This document shows, one piece after another, positions 18,705-27,197 of a stretch of 61,868 nt of DNA. Under the pieces are notes generated by a model. It saw only the letters and a list, made by a program, of their open reading frames with translations. It was not told the origin of the DNA and made no database searches. The translations under genes were made by a program, and so were the position numbers. Position 1 is the stretch's first letter; each line of letters starts with the position of its first letter. This stretch comes from Candidatus Saccharimonadales bacterium (GTDB taxonomy: Bacteria > Patescibacteriota > Saccharimonadia > Saccharimonadales > JAGPDM01). The DNA lies in assembly GCA_044227985.1 (NCBI GenBank), contig JBGAVT010000004.1:1-61868 (forward strand), read 5' to 3'.

Positions 18705-20486
18705 ATGAAAGAAACAACAAACCGACAAATTACTGCCGCAACAATGCGGTATTATCTTCGTGCTATACGGAAATACAAATATGCATTTTATATTTCTACC
18801 GGATTAATGGTGATAACGGTCTTAATCCAGGGAGTTTTACTGCCTTTCCTCTATAGCCAAGTTTTCGATAAAATATCGCAGCTTAACGCTAACCCAAGCT
18901 TGGCAGATGATTTATGGCAGTTATTAGTTTATATCGGGATTTCATTGTTTGCGCTATTTTCTTTCTGGCGAGTTATTACCTACACATATGTTACAAACCA
19001 GGGGAAAGCTATGCGAGATCTTGAACAATCAACTTTTTCAGACCTACAAAAGCGTTCTTACTCATTCTTTTCTGACCGTTTTGGTGGTGCACTAGTGACA
19101 CAAACTAATCGCTTCGTTAATGGCCTTGAGGCTGTCCAGGACGCATTCTTCTGGGACTTAGCTCCCATGGCGATACGAAGTATAAGTTTTATTATTATTC
19201 TACTATTCGTATTTCCTGTGATTGGATTCGCATTACTGATCTGGCTAATATTCTTCGTAAGCGCTGTTCTTGGTCTGAGCGCATACAAAAGTAAGTTCAC
19301 TCGAGCTGCAGCCATAGCCGATAGCTCTGTTACGGCCGAGCTAGCTGATGCAATCACCAATACGGCCAATATTAAGATTTTCGGCCGTCGTAAGTTCGAG
19401 CAGAATCGTTATAACTCAGTAAGTTATGATAGATATAAAAAACGCGTAAAAAGCTGGGTGTGGAGCGAGCATATCATCGCGGTGCAGAGTATCTTGATGA
19501 TTTCACTAGAATTTTTTGTAATATATTGGTCAATTAAATCAGCGATTGATGGCACAGTTAGTATTGGTATATTACTGCTCACTACCTATTATTTATTCCG
19601 ACTTTTTAGTGATTTTTGGGAGCTTGGAAGTATCACCAGGCGCTTGGAGAAATCAATCGGTGATGGTGTTGAGATGACAAAGATACTACAAACCCCGCCA
19701 GATCTAGAGGACAAAATAGAAGCAATATCACCAAATTTCACAAGAGGTAAGATTGAATTTAAAGACGTCTCATTTCAGTATGATGAAGGTAACGTAAATT
19801 TATTTTCTAACCTAAATATTACTATCGCACCCGGTGAAAAGGTTGGGCTTGTAGGTCCTAGTGGCGGTGGAAAAACAACTATTACTAAATTGCTACTGCG
19901 ATTCATGGATCTTAGTTCTGGCAAGATTATGATTGATAATCAAGATATCTCCGAACTTATCCAGGATGAGCTACGCAGGAATATTGCTTTTGTAGCTCAG
20001 GAGCCAATTTTGTTTCATCGTAGTGTTCGTGAAAATATTGCTTATGGAAATCCTGGTGCAAGTGATGGTGATATCGAGCGAGTAGCAAAACTTGCTCACG
20101 CTGCTGAGTTTATCGACAAACTACCTGATGGTTACGATACGCTCGTCGGTGAACGGGGAATGAAGTTAAGTGGTGGTCAGAAACAGCGAGTAGCAATAGC
20201 TCGTGCCATGTTGGTTGAGGCTCCAATCTTGCTTTTGGATGAAGCGACTTCGGCGCTTGATAGTGAGAGTGAGTCCTTGATTGCTGATGCGCTCGATACT
20301 TTGATGCAGAAGCGAACCACTATTGTTATTGCCCATCGTCTGAGTACAATTCGTAAACTCGATAGAATTATCGTTATGAATAACGGTGAGATTGTCGAAC
20401 AAGGTAGTCACGATAATCTCATTATCGGAAAAGGTCTCTATGCCAAGCTGTGGAGTCATCAGTCAGGAGATTTCTTGGATGAGTGA
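18705..20486 (+). CDS. ABC exporter, fused permease/ATPase (type I exporter half-transporter)
   Basis: 593 aa. N-terminal 6-TM domain, Walker A GPSGGGKTT, signature LSGGQKQR and Walker B LLLDEATSALD. Confidence 0.9.
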   Translation: MKETTNRQITAATMRYYLRAIRKYKYAFYISTGLMVITVLIQGVLLPFLYSQVFDKISQLNANPSLADDLWQLLVYIGISLFALFSFWRVITYTYVTNQGKAMRDLEQSTFSDLQKRSYSFFSDRFGGALVTQTNRFVNGLEAVQDAFFWDLAPMAIRSISFIIILLFVFPVIGFALLIWLIFFVSAVLGLSAYKSKFTRAAAIADSSVTAELADAITNTANIKIFGRRKFEQNRYNSVSYDRYKKRVKSWVWSEHIIAVQSILMISLEFFVIYWSIKSAIDGTVSIGILLLTTYYLFRLFSDFWELGSITRRLEKSIGDGVEMTKILQTPPDLEDKIEAISPNFTRGKIEFKDVSFQYDEGNVNLFSNLNITIAPGEKVGLVGPSGGGKTTITKLLLRFMDLSSGKIMIDNQDISELIQDELRRNIAFVAQEPILFHRSVRENIAYGNPGASDGDIERVAKLAHAAEFIDKLPDGYDTLVGERGMKLSGGQKQRVAIARAMLVEAPILLLDEATSALDSESESLIADALDTLMQKRTTIVIAHRLSTIRKLDRIIVMNNGEIVEQGSHDNLIIGKGLYAKLWSHQSGDFLDE

Positions 20487-22269
20487 GCGAGAGACAACAA
20501 AAGCGGGTAAAGACACATTCCGTAAGACAATGGGTTTTTATCTGGATATAGCCAAACTATATAAGGGGCTGTTTTCGTCACAGTTTGTTGTCATTTTTTT
20601 GGCTGTCTTGGCTGGTGGTGCGGCGTTCAGATACTATTTAGCACAGTTGTTTCAAGCACTAGCCGATTTTACACCCGGACAAGATTCTTCTGCTCTCTAC
20701 AAACTAGCTTTGTTTGTCGTGAGTCTTACTGTTTTTGAGATGATAATGTGGCGGATTAATGATTTTACATTTATCTTTCGATCTCGTGAGAGTCTAAAAG
20801 AACTAGAGCGCAGGACTTTTGATCGTTTGATTGGTCATAGTTACGAATTTTTTAGTAACAGTTTTTCGGGATCAATTGTTACACAGTTCAATCGATTTTT
20901 ACGAAGCTACCAAGAGCTCGAGAAAGTTATTTTGTTTGAAACATATACACTAGTTATTAATATTCTAAGCTCGATTATTGTTCTATTATTTATAGCACCA
21001 GAATTAGCGTATTATCTTATTGTTTGGGTCATAATTTTCTTAACGAGTGTTATCTATTTAACACGTAAAAAATCTAAATATACACGGATTGAAGCCGAAG
21101 CAGATTCTAACGTTACCGGACGTGTGGCAGATGTTTTAGCTAATATCATGACCGTGAAAACTTTTGGGCGTAGTGATTTCGAGAAAAATGAATTCAAGAA
21201 AATCAGTCAAGAACGATCAGATAAACGTCGCAAAGCCTGGATTTTTGGTGCACATATTCGAAGCTTTCGTTGGGTAATGGTAGTTTTGTTTGTGGCATCG
21301 TATGTTTTTATGTCAGTTTATTTGATTGTTAACGGTTTGGTTGGTGTTGGAGTAGTCTTGGCTGCACAGCTATATATGATTTCTATCTATCAGAATTTAT
21401 TCAATTTTAACCAAACTGTAGAGAGAGCTGAGATATTAGTATCTGAAGCCGCAGAGATGACGGAAATTCTTGCTCAAGACTATGGTGTTTCAGATATAGA
21501 CAGCCCAGAGGAGATCATATTTTCAGAAGGAAGCATTTTGTTTAATGATGTTACTTTTTCATATGATGATACGGATGAAGCAGTTTTTTCAAAGTTCAAT
21601 TTAGATATAAAAGCTGGTGAAAAAGTGGGTTTGGTTGGACCTAGTGGTGGTGGTAAAACAACATTAACGCGACTTCTCCTTCGTTTTGCAGACATTAGAA
21701 GTGGAGTAATCTCTATCGATGGACAGGATATCTCCAAAGTTTCTCAAGAACAATTGCGTAGTCAGATAGCCTACGTCTCTCAAGAACCGATTTTATTTCA
21801 CAGAACACTAGAAGATAATATTCGTTATGGTAATCCCTCGGCCAGTGATGATGAGATGAAACGCGCTGCAAAACTGGCTCATGCTGCCGAGTTTATTGAT
21901 AATCTTCCGGAAGGTTACAAAACGTTAGTGGGCGAGCGGGGGATTAAGCTTTCCGGTGGACAGAAGCAACGAGTGGCAATAGCGAGAGCAATGCTTGTTG
22001 AGGCGCCAGTTTTGTTATTGGATGAAGCGACTTCGGCGCTTGATAGTAAAAGTGAAAAGCTAATTATCGAGGCACTTGATAACCTTATGCGTGAGCGGAC
22101 TACTATCGTGATTGCACATCGTTTGAGTACGATCCGTAAACTTGATCGCATTGTTGTTGTTGATGGAGGTAAGATTGTCGAGCAAGGGACGCATGATGAG
22201 TTAATTGATGAGAATGGTTTGTACCAAGAGCTTTGGAAACACCAATCTGGTGATTTCCTCGAAGACTAG
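20479..22269 (+). CDS. ABC exporter, fused permease/ATPase (partner half-transporter)
   Basis: Same motifs as its neighbour. ATG 20479 overlaps the upstream stop by 8 nt (ATGAGTGA), implying a heterodimeric pair. The ORF-track start at 20386 lies inside the upstream gene. Confidence 0.9.
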   Translation: MSERETTKAGKDTFRKTMGFYLDIAKLYKGLFSSQFVVIFLAVLAGGAAFRYYLAQLFQALADFTPGQDSSALYKLALFVVSLTVFEMIMWRINDFTFIFRSRESLKELERRTFDRLIGHSYEFFSNSFSGSIVTQFNRFLRSYQELEKVILFETYTLVINILSSIIVLLFIAPELAYYLIVWVIIFLTSVIYLTRKKSKYTRIEAEADSNVTGRVADVLANIMTVKTFGRSDFEKNEFKKISQERSDKRRKAWIFGAHIRSFRWVMVVLFVASYVFMSVYLIVNGLVGVGVVLAAQLYMISIYQNLFNFNQTVERAEILVSEAAEMTEILAQDYGVSDIDSPEEIIFSEGSILFNDVTFSYDDTDEAVFSKFNLDIKAGEKVGLVGPSGGGKTTLTRLLLRFADIRSGVISIDGQDISKVSQEQLRSQIAYVSQEPILFHRTLEDNIRYGNPSASDDEMKRAAKLAHAAEFIDNLPEGYKTLVGERGIKLSGGQKQRVAIARAMLVEAPVLLLDEATSALDSKSEKLIIEALDNLMRERTTIVIAHRLSTIRKLDRIVVVDGGKIVEQGTHDELIDENGLYQELWKHQSGDFLED

Positions 22270-22322
22270 TTTTTTAACTGTTGTTTTGGATTAAAATACA
22301 GCTCCAGTTGATTGTTCTTTTA

Positions 22323-22331
22323 TGCTATCGT
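22323..22331 (+). promoter_or_regulatory. extended -10 (TGcTATCGT) of putative leaderless promoter for nnrD-like gene
   Basis: TGCTATCGT, then 8 nt, then ATG 22340. No SD. Confidence 0.3.
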
Positions 22332-22339
22332 AATCATAT

Positions 22340-23104
22340 ATGAATGACTTGCAAAATGTACATAAATATCAGCGTGGTGGAGTGTTGATCTGCGCTAACC
22401 CCAGCCAGTCAAAGATCGGGCTGGGCGCTTCATTACTTGCGGCACGTGCTAGCTTCCGAGTTGGTGCAGGAATTGTGATGTTAGCACTTGAGAACGACTC
22501 GTTAATCCCGGCACAAGTTTCATTTCCGGAAGTCGTTGTTCTCAAGCTAGATGACATAGGAGACTTTCTTAGTAAAACTAGTTCTATTGTCTGCGGACCT
22601 GGCTGGCTGGTTGAAGGTCAGACTGAGCAGTCTACGAAGCTACTTCGAAAATTACTTAATTTAAAAAAACCAATCGTAATTGACGCTGGTGCGATTGATG
22701 TTGTTGCAGCTAACGATGATTTATGGAATGAGCTACACGAAAAATGCATTCTGACGCCACATGAAGGTGAGGTAAGTAGATTGCTAAAAATCCGTAAAAA
22801 GACATCTCTCTTGGAGCTAGCAAAAACTACCAAAGTAACTATTATTGAAAAAGGAAGCCGCACAGTGGTTTTGCAGAACGATTTATCATGGACACTTGAT
22901 AAGCCAAACAGAAAGTTAGCTGTTGCTGGCAGTGGCGATGTCCTTGCTGGAGCAGTTGCTGGGCTCTGGGCCCAAAGGCCAGAAGATTCCGCTTTCAGTA
23001 TTGCTAAGCTTGCCGTTCAGCTTCACTCAAAGGCTGGCAAAAAGATTCATAACGGTGCAATTGCCCATGAACTTGCTGATGAATTATCTAATATAGAAAC
23101 TTAA
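22340..23104 (+). CDS. nnrD: ADP-dependent NAD(P)H-hydrate dehydratase (YjeF C-terminal domain family)
   Basis: 254 aa with GPGW, TPHEGE and AGSGDVLAG motifs. Confidence 0.8.
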   Translation: MNDLQNVHKYQRGGVLICANPSQSKIGLGASLLAARASFRVGAGIVMLALENDSLIPAQVSFPEVVVLKLDDIGDFLSKTSSIVCGPGWLVEGQTEQSTKLLRKLLNLKKPIVIDAGAIDVVAANDDLWNELHEKCILTPHEGEVSRLLKIRKKTSLLELAKTTKVTIIEKGSRTVVLQNDLSWTLDKPNRKLAVAGSGDVLAGAVAGLWAQRPEDSAFSIAKLAVQLHSKAGKKIHNGAIAHELADELSNIET

Positions 23105-23148
23105 ATAAACTAGAGAACAAACTGCTTATGATATACTAAACTTTAACG

Positions 23149-24405
23149 ATGGATGATCAAAATCAACAGAGTGGTGGGGAGCTTAACAATGATGGTTCAG
23201 TGCCTGTCCAGGTTAATGTTGGTCCACCAGCTAATTTGCAGCCAGTTCCGTCTACGCCGCAACAGTTCACAGCAATAGACAGCGTTAATAATCAATTCAA
23301 TCAAACTATATCTCAGACAGCTCGGCCGGTACAAACAGCCTACGAGACTAACCGACCTCAAATACAACCACAACAAGATTCGGTTCAGCCACAGCCAAAT
23401 ATACCCAATAGCATGACACAAAACGTATTCATTCCGGAGGGGCTTGATAATCTGACCGTGAATAACACTGTTTTGCAGCAACAACGCAAGAGTTGGTTCG
23501 ATAAGTTACTCGAAAAGAAGTGGTTTGTAATTGTTGCAGGACTTGGAATCTTTGCTGTGGTTGGTCTGAGTGGTTATCTGTACTCGACTTATTTTAAGGA
23601 CAAGAAACCCCAAGTGTTACAATCGGCCAGTCATTCATCCTCGAGTATAAATGACGTAACTGATTTGATGATATATGGGCATCTAAGCGATAGCGTCATT
23701 TATACCGGCGGCGGAGAGGAGCTAATCGAGCCAAGTGCTAGTATAAACGAAGATATTACGTCTGCGCTCCAGCGTGCTGGTAAGAATTATCAAGAGTTTC
23801 ATAAACTTGCTAAGCCGTATGCCGCTGTTCACAATGATGAGTTTGGTAAAAATATCGCTGCGTTTGACGCCACACAGAGCCAGTGTATTGGTAAGCTCAC
23901 GGTTGCACAGGCTGATCTTGCTTTATTAGGTGATGTAACTAGGCCACACTCAAAAACAATGACAAAAATTTATAATGATCGTAAAAATGCCGATTATGAG
24001 GTTGCTTCAAATATTGTAGCTGGAAAACAATACATTAGTGAATTAACAAAGTTCAAAGATGATTTAAGCAAACTGTCACTAAAAGACACTGACCTCGTGG
24101 AACTGCGTCAATTCTATGTAGATAGATTTACTGCAGATATAGCGTCGATACAAGCTGCTATAGATGGTGCCGACTCTAACGGTACGAATTATAGTACAGC
24201 TAACTCAAAGCTAGGAGACGTACTGTTCGATTCTGGTTCGTATTTCAAACAGAGTGATGTCGAAAAGACGAAGTCTTTCTACAACAATATAAATAAAATT
24301 TGCTATGATAGCCCAGCTCAAAAAGCAGTTTTTGATGAATATAAAAAATTTGATTTTGATAGTGCAGAAAAGTCAATTTTTGATAAGTTAAAGATCTTTA
24401 ATTAG
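23149..24405 (+). CDS. membrane-anchored hypothetical protein with Q/P-rich N-terminus
   Basis: 418 aa. Low-complexity Q/P/N head, a single hydrophobic span (WFVIVAGLGIFAVVGLSGYLY), then a helical ectodomain. Confidence 0.55.
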   Translation: MDDQNQQSGGELNNDGSVPVQVNVGPPANLQPVPSTPQQFTAIDSVNNQFNQTISQTARPVQTAYETNRPQIQPQQDSVQPQPNIPNSMTQNVFIPEGLDNLTVNNTVLQQQRKSWFDKLLEKKWFVIVAGLGIFAVVGLSGYLYSTYFKDKKPQVLQSASHSSSSINDVTDLMIYGHLSDSVIYTGGGEELIEPSASINEDITSALQRAGKNYQEFHKLAKPYAAVHNDEFGKNIAAFDATQSQCIGKLTVAQADLALLGDVTRPHSKTMTKIYNDRKNADYEVASNIVAGKQYISELTKFKDDLSKLSLKDTDLVELRQFYVDRFTADIASIQAAIDGADSNGTNYSTANSKLGDVLFDSGSYFKQSDVEKTKSFYNNINKICYDSPAQKAVFDEYKKFDFDSAEKSIFDKLKIFN

Positions 24406-24407
24406 TC

Positions 24408-25256
24408 ATGCAGCCACAAGTCCAAGTGGGTGAGCAGCAAAATCTTCAGCAGTATTTTTCGCAGTCAATTACCATTGCTAAGAAGTCAGTAGACACTACT
24501 GTTCTACTTATGACCATCTTCGCGCTTGGGCTATTCATGCTCACGGTGATACTGCTAACTGACATTCGTGCCTTGGCAGTATTTGTTGGATTGATTATTT
24601 TTGGCTTTATTAAAATTAAAATGCAGCAGCGTCGAGTCGTAGCTAATGGTATTTCAATTATGGCAACGAGACACTATAATGTTCAAAGTCTATTACAGGA
24701 AATCTCGAAAAATTTACAGTCACCCCCGATAGAGTTGTACGTTACCGACGATATGGACACAAGGCGCATAGAAACCCTGGGCAGTGGAAAAAGATTTTTA
24801 ATACTACTTGATGATAGCTTGTTGTCAGATATGAATGACGCTGAACTGCGAATCCTACTTACTCGTGAGGTAGCTATGATAGTTTTTGGATCTGCGCCAT
24901 TACTTTCGTTCGTTCGCCGTTTCTCGGAGGCATTTTCGTTTTTCGGAATCGGAAGTTTTATTGAATCCATGTTTGGCTTTTGGTCGCGTCGAGCTATCAC
25001 GTCGGCTGATCGCTTAGCGGTACTGTACACCCGGGACCCAGTTGGTGTCATGAAAGCTTTGATAAAACTTGATATTGGTGCAACCATAGCCGAGACAGTT
25101 TCTGTCAGTGCAGTCCTACAGCAGAAACAACTACAGTCTGGATTTTCTCGGTGGCTAGTACAGCTAAGCTCTGAGCAGCCGCTGTTAACAGAGAGATTGC
25201 ACGCAGCGTTACTGTTCGCCAATGAGGCGCAGGTGCCGTTTCGTCTCGATCAATAG
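24408..25256 (+). CDS. M48 (HtpX/Ste24-like) fold membrane protein lacking the HExxH motif
   Basis: 282 aa. AELRILLTREVAMIVFG sits where M48 enzymes have ..ELxAVLAHELGH. WSRRAITSADRLAV...PVGVMKALIKL resembles the distal E..AD...L.KL region. Starts 3 nt after the upstream stop. Confidence 0.5.
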   Translation: MQPQVQVGEQQNLQQYFSQSITIAKKSVDTTVLLMTIFALGLFMLTVILLTDIRALAVFVGLIIFGFIKIKMQQRRVVANGISIMATRHYNVQSLLQEISKNLQSPPIELYVTDDMDTRRIETLGSGKRFLILLDDSLLSDMNDAELRILLTREVAMIVFGSAPLLSFVRRFSEAFSFFGIGSFIESMFGFWSRRAITSADRLAVLYTRDPVGVMKALIKLDIGATIAETVSVSAVLQQKQLQSGFSRWLVQLSSEQPLLTERLHAALLFANEAQVPFRLDQ

Positions 25257-25354
25257 TAAAAACTTCAAACATTGTAATATCATATTATTGTGCGACGTTG
25301 GCTAATTTAGTTAGTTTAGATGTAAACCCATAAGAAACAGAAGTCACTCATAGA

Positions 25355-26146
25355 TTATTTTTCAGAAATTATTTTAACAATTTTTCTTGTCAAAGCTCTT
25401 GTCATAAAACGACGAGCGATATGGGTAATAAATTTGTTTTGCAGTCCGAATACTGCGACGATTTTACCTTGTTTTAGCTTGTTATATCCGTAACTAGCAA
25501 CTTCAGCAGCATTCGGAAGCTTTTTATTGCTGTCGAAAATTGATTGGCCTCTCATATTTGCATTTGACTCAAAACCAGTCCGTGTAGCGCCAGGGCAGAG
25601 AGCTGAGATCTTAATCTCAGAAATATTATTTTCAGCGGCAATAGCTTCAGTCAGAGATAAAACGTAATTTTTTGTAGCATAGTAGACTGCCATACCAGGA
25701 CCTGGGAAAAAACCCGCAATCGATGCAACGTTCATCAAATAACCAGCTTTTTTTTGAGTGAAATCATTTAGTGCCAATTGTGATAGCTCGGTCAGCGTTG
25801 AGATATTGAGTTCAATCATTTGATGATTTCGTTGAGCATCAGTATTGATAAAGTCACCATTATCGCCAAACCCAGCGTTGTTTATGACCATATCAAAACC
25901 ATTTTTTGGTCGGTGCTTTTCGTAGAAACTAGCAATTTTATTACTTTGACTGAGGTCAAACTCAGCAACAATAACTTCTATATTGTGCAATCTTTTGATT
26001 TCTTTTGATAATTTTTCTAGCTTATCGCCGCTACGTGCCACAATCACAAGGTTGTAGCCATCGGCTGCAGCAAGCTTCGCAAATTCAACACCAAAACCGC
26101 TCGATGCCCCAGTTATTAAAGCCCATAGTTTAGTTGAATTGCTCAT
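25355..26146 (-). CDS. short-chain dehydrogenase/reductase (SDR)
   Basis: 263 aa with the TGASSGFG cofactor motif, NNAG and YYATK (YxxxK). Confidence 0.9.
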   Translation of the reverse strand: MSNSTKLWALITGASSGFGVEFAKLAAADGYNLVIVARSGDKLEKLSKEIKRLHNIEVIVAEFDLSQSNKIASFYEKHRPKNGFDMVINNAGFGDNGDFINTDAQRNHQMIELNISTLTELSQLALNDFTQKKAGYLMNVASIAGFFPGPGMAVYYATKNYVLSLTEAIAAENNISEIKISALCPGATRTGFESNANMRGQSIFDSNKKLPNAAEVASYGYNKLKQGKIVAVFGLQNKFITHIARRFMTRALTRKIVKIISEK

Positions 26147-27051
26147 GAGCTAGCAGAGAGTGGAGCTAACCCTAGTAAGATAATAGGGATGATTGCTATA
26201 ACGATTACTAGCAGTATTAAGATAAAGAACAAAGAAATACCGACCGCTAGCCAGTTTGACCAGTGTAGCTGTGGCTTCTGTATGTTGTTATCGTCGCGGT
26301 ATGTAAAGTCAGCTAGAATACTCGAGTACATAGCAGTCTTTGCTACGAGGCTAGTAACTCCACCCGTGAAAGAGCCTATCATCCCAGCAAAAAAAGCAAT
26401 TGCGTACAGTTCAACAAAACGTGTTTTGCCAATTCGCAGTGCTTGGCCGATAGCTTCGATTGGACCAATTTTTTTGTATACCATTAATGGAATGCCAAGG
26501 CTGAACACTACAGCCAAAAAGATACCTGGGATAATAAAAAATAAAAAACCAAAAAAGATCATAAAACCAGTTAGAATTGTATATCCGAGTGCAGGGAGGA
26601 AGAGTTTGAGTGCTTCTTTGCCGGCATCGCCTGGTAGAATGGTTGTGTTCTCCAGTGTTTTTACTGCGGTTACATATGCCATCAAATCAATAAAGAAGTA
26701 TATTAGCCCTAAGATTAGGCTGATACTAAAGATTAACACAACAACTATGGCACCAATCGCAGTCTCACTGCTTGAGTTATCACCAAGTATCGTCGAGACA
26801 AATGATGGACCAATGTTTTGAAAAAAACCAAAGATGAGCGAAATACCACCAGCTACCAGCAATATTACAGACATTTTTTGGTTAAGACGAAAAAGCTCTT
26901 TGAAACCAAACTCTAATCTGACAAAAACATTTGTGTCATAATTCTCAGCGTTTGTGGTAGCACTGAATCCAGCCTGTGGTAACGGCGTAACAGCTGGTTG
27001 TTTTCGCTCACCAAATCCCTCATATACTTCTTGGTCATTTTTGTTGCTCAT
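26143..27051 (-). CDS. multi-pass membrane protein, hypothetical
   Basis: 302 aa with about 6 hydrophobic spans. SD AAGGAG precedes ATG 27051. A 4-nt overlap links it to the SDR gene. Confidence 0.6.
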   Translation of the reverse strand: MSNKNDQEVYEGFGERKQPAVTPLPQAGFSATTNAENYDTNVFVRLEFGFKELFRLNQKMSVILLVAGGISLIFGFFQNIGPSFVSTILGDNSSSETAIGAIVVVLIFSISLILGLIYFFIDLMAYVTAVKTLENTTILPGDAGKEALKLFLPALGYTILTGFMIFFGFLFFIIPGIFLAVVFSLGIPLMVYKKIGPIEAIGQALRIGKTRFVELYAIAFFAGMIGSFTGGVTSLVAKTAMYSSILADFTYRDDNNIQKPQLHWSNWLAVGISLFFILILLVIVIAIIPIILLGLAPLSASS

Positions 27052-27197
27052 CTATGCTCCTTATCTGTAGTCAGTATAACGCATCTCCTAGGTCGCTGCA
27101 CTCGACTAAACAACAGTATTTTGTCCTTGACTTGAAAAAACGTTCATGGTTATATAAAGACGTAACTATACTGATAAAAAAAGGAAGCAGAACAGAT

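Noticed and set aside
24683-26821. 179-aa minus ORF (24683-25222) and 210-aa plus ORF (26189-26821)
   Set aside because: Both are fully antisense to longer ORFs that carry coherent membrane or M48-like features. Neither has ribosome-binding signals.
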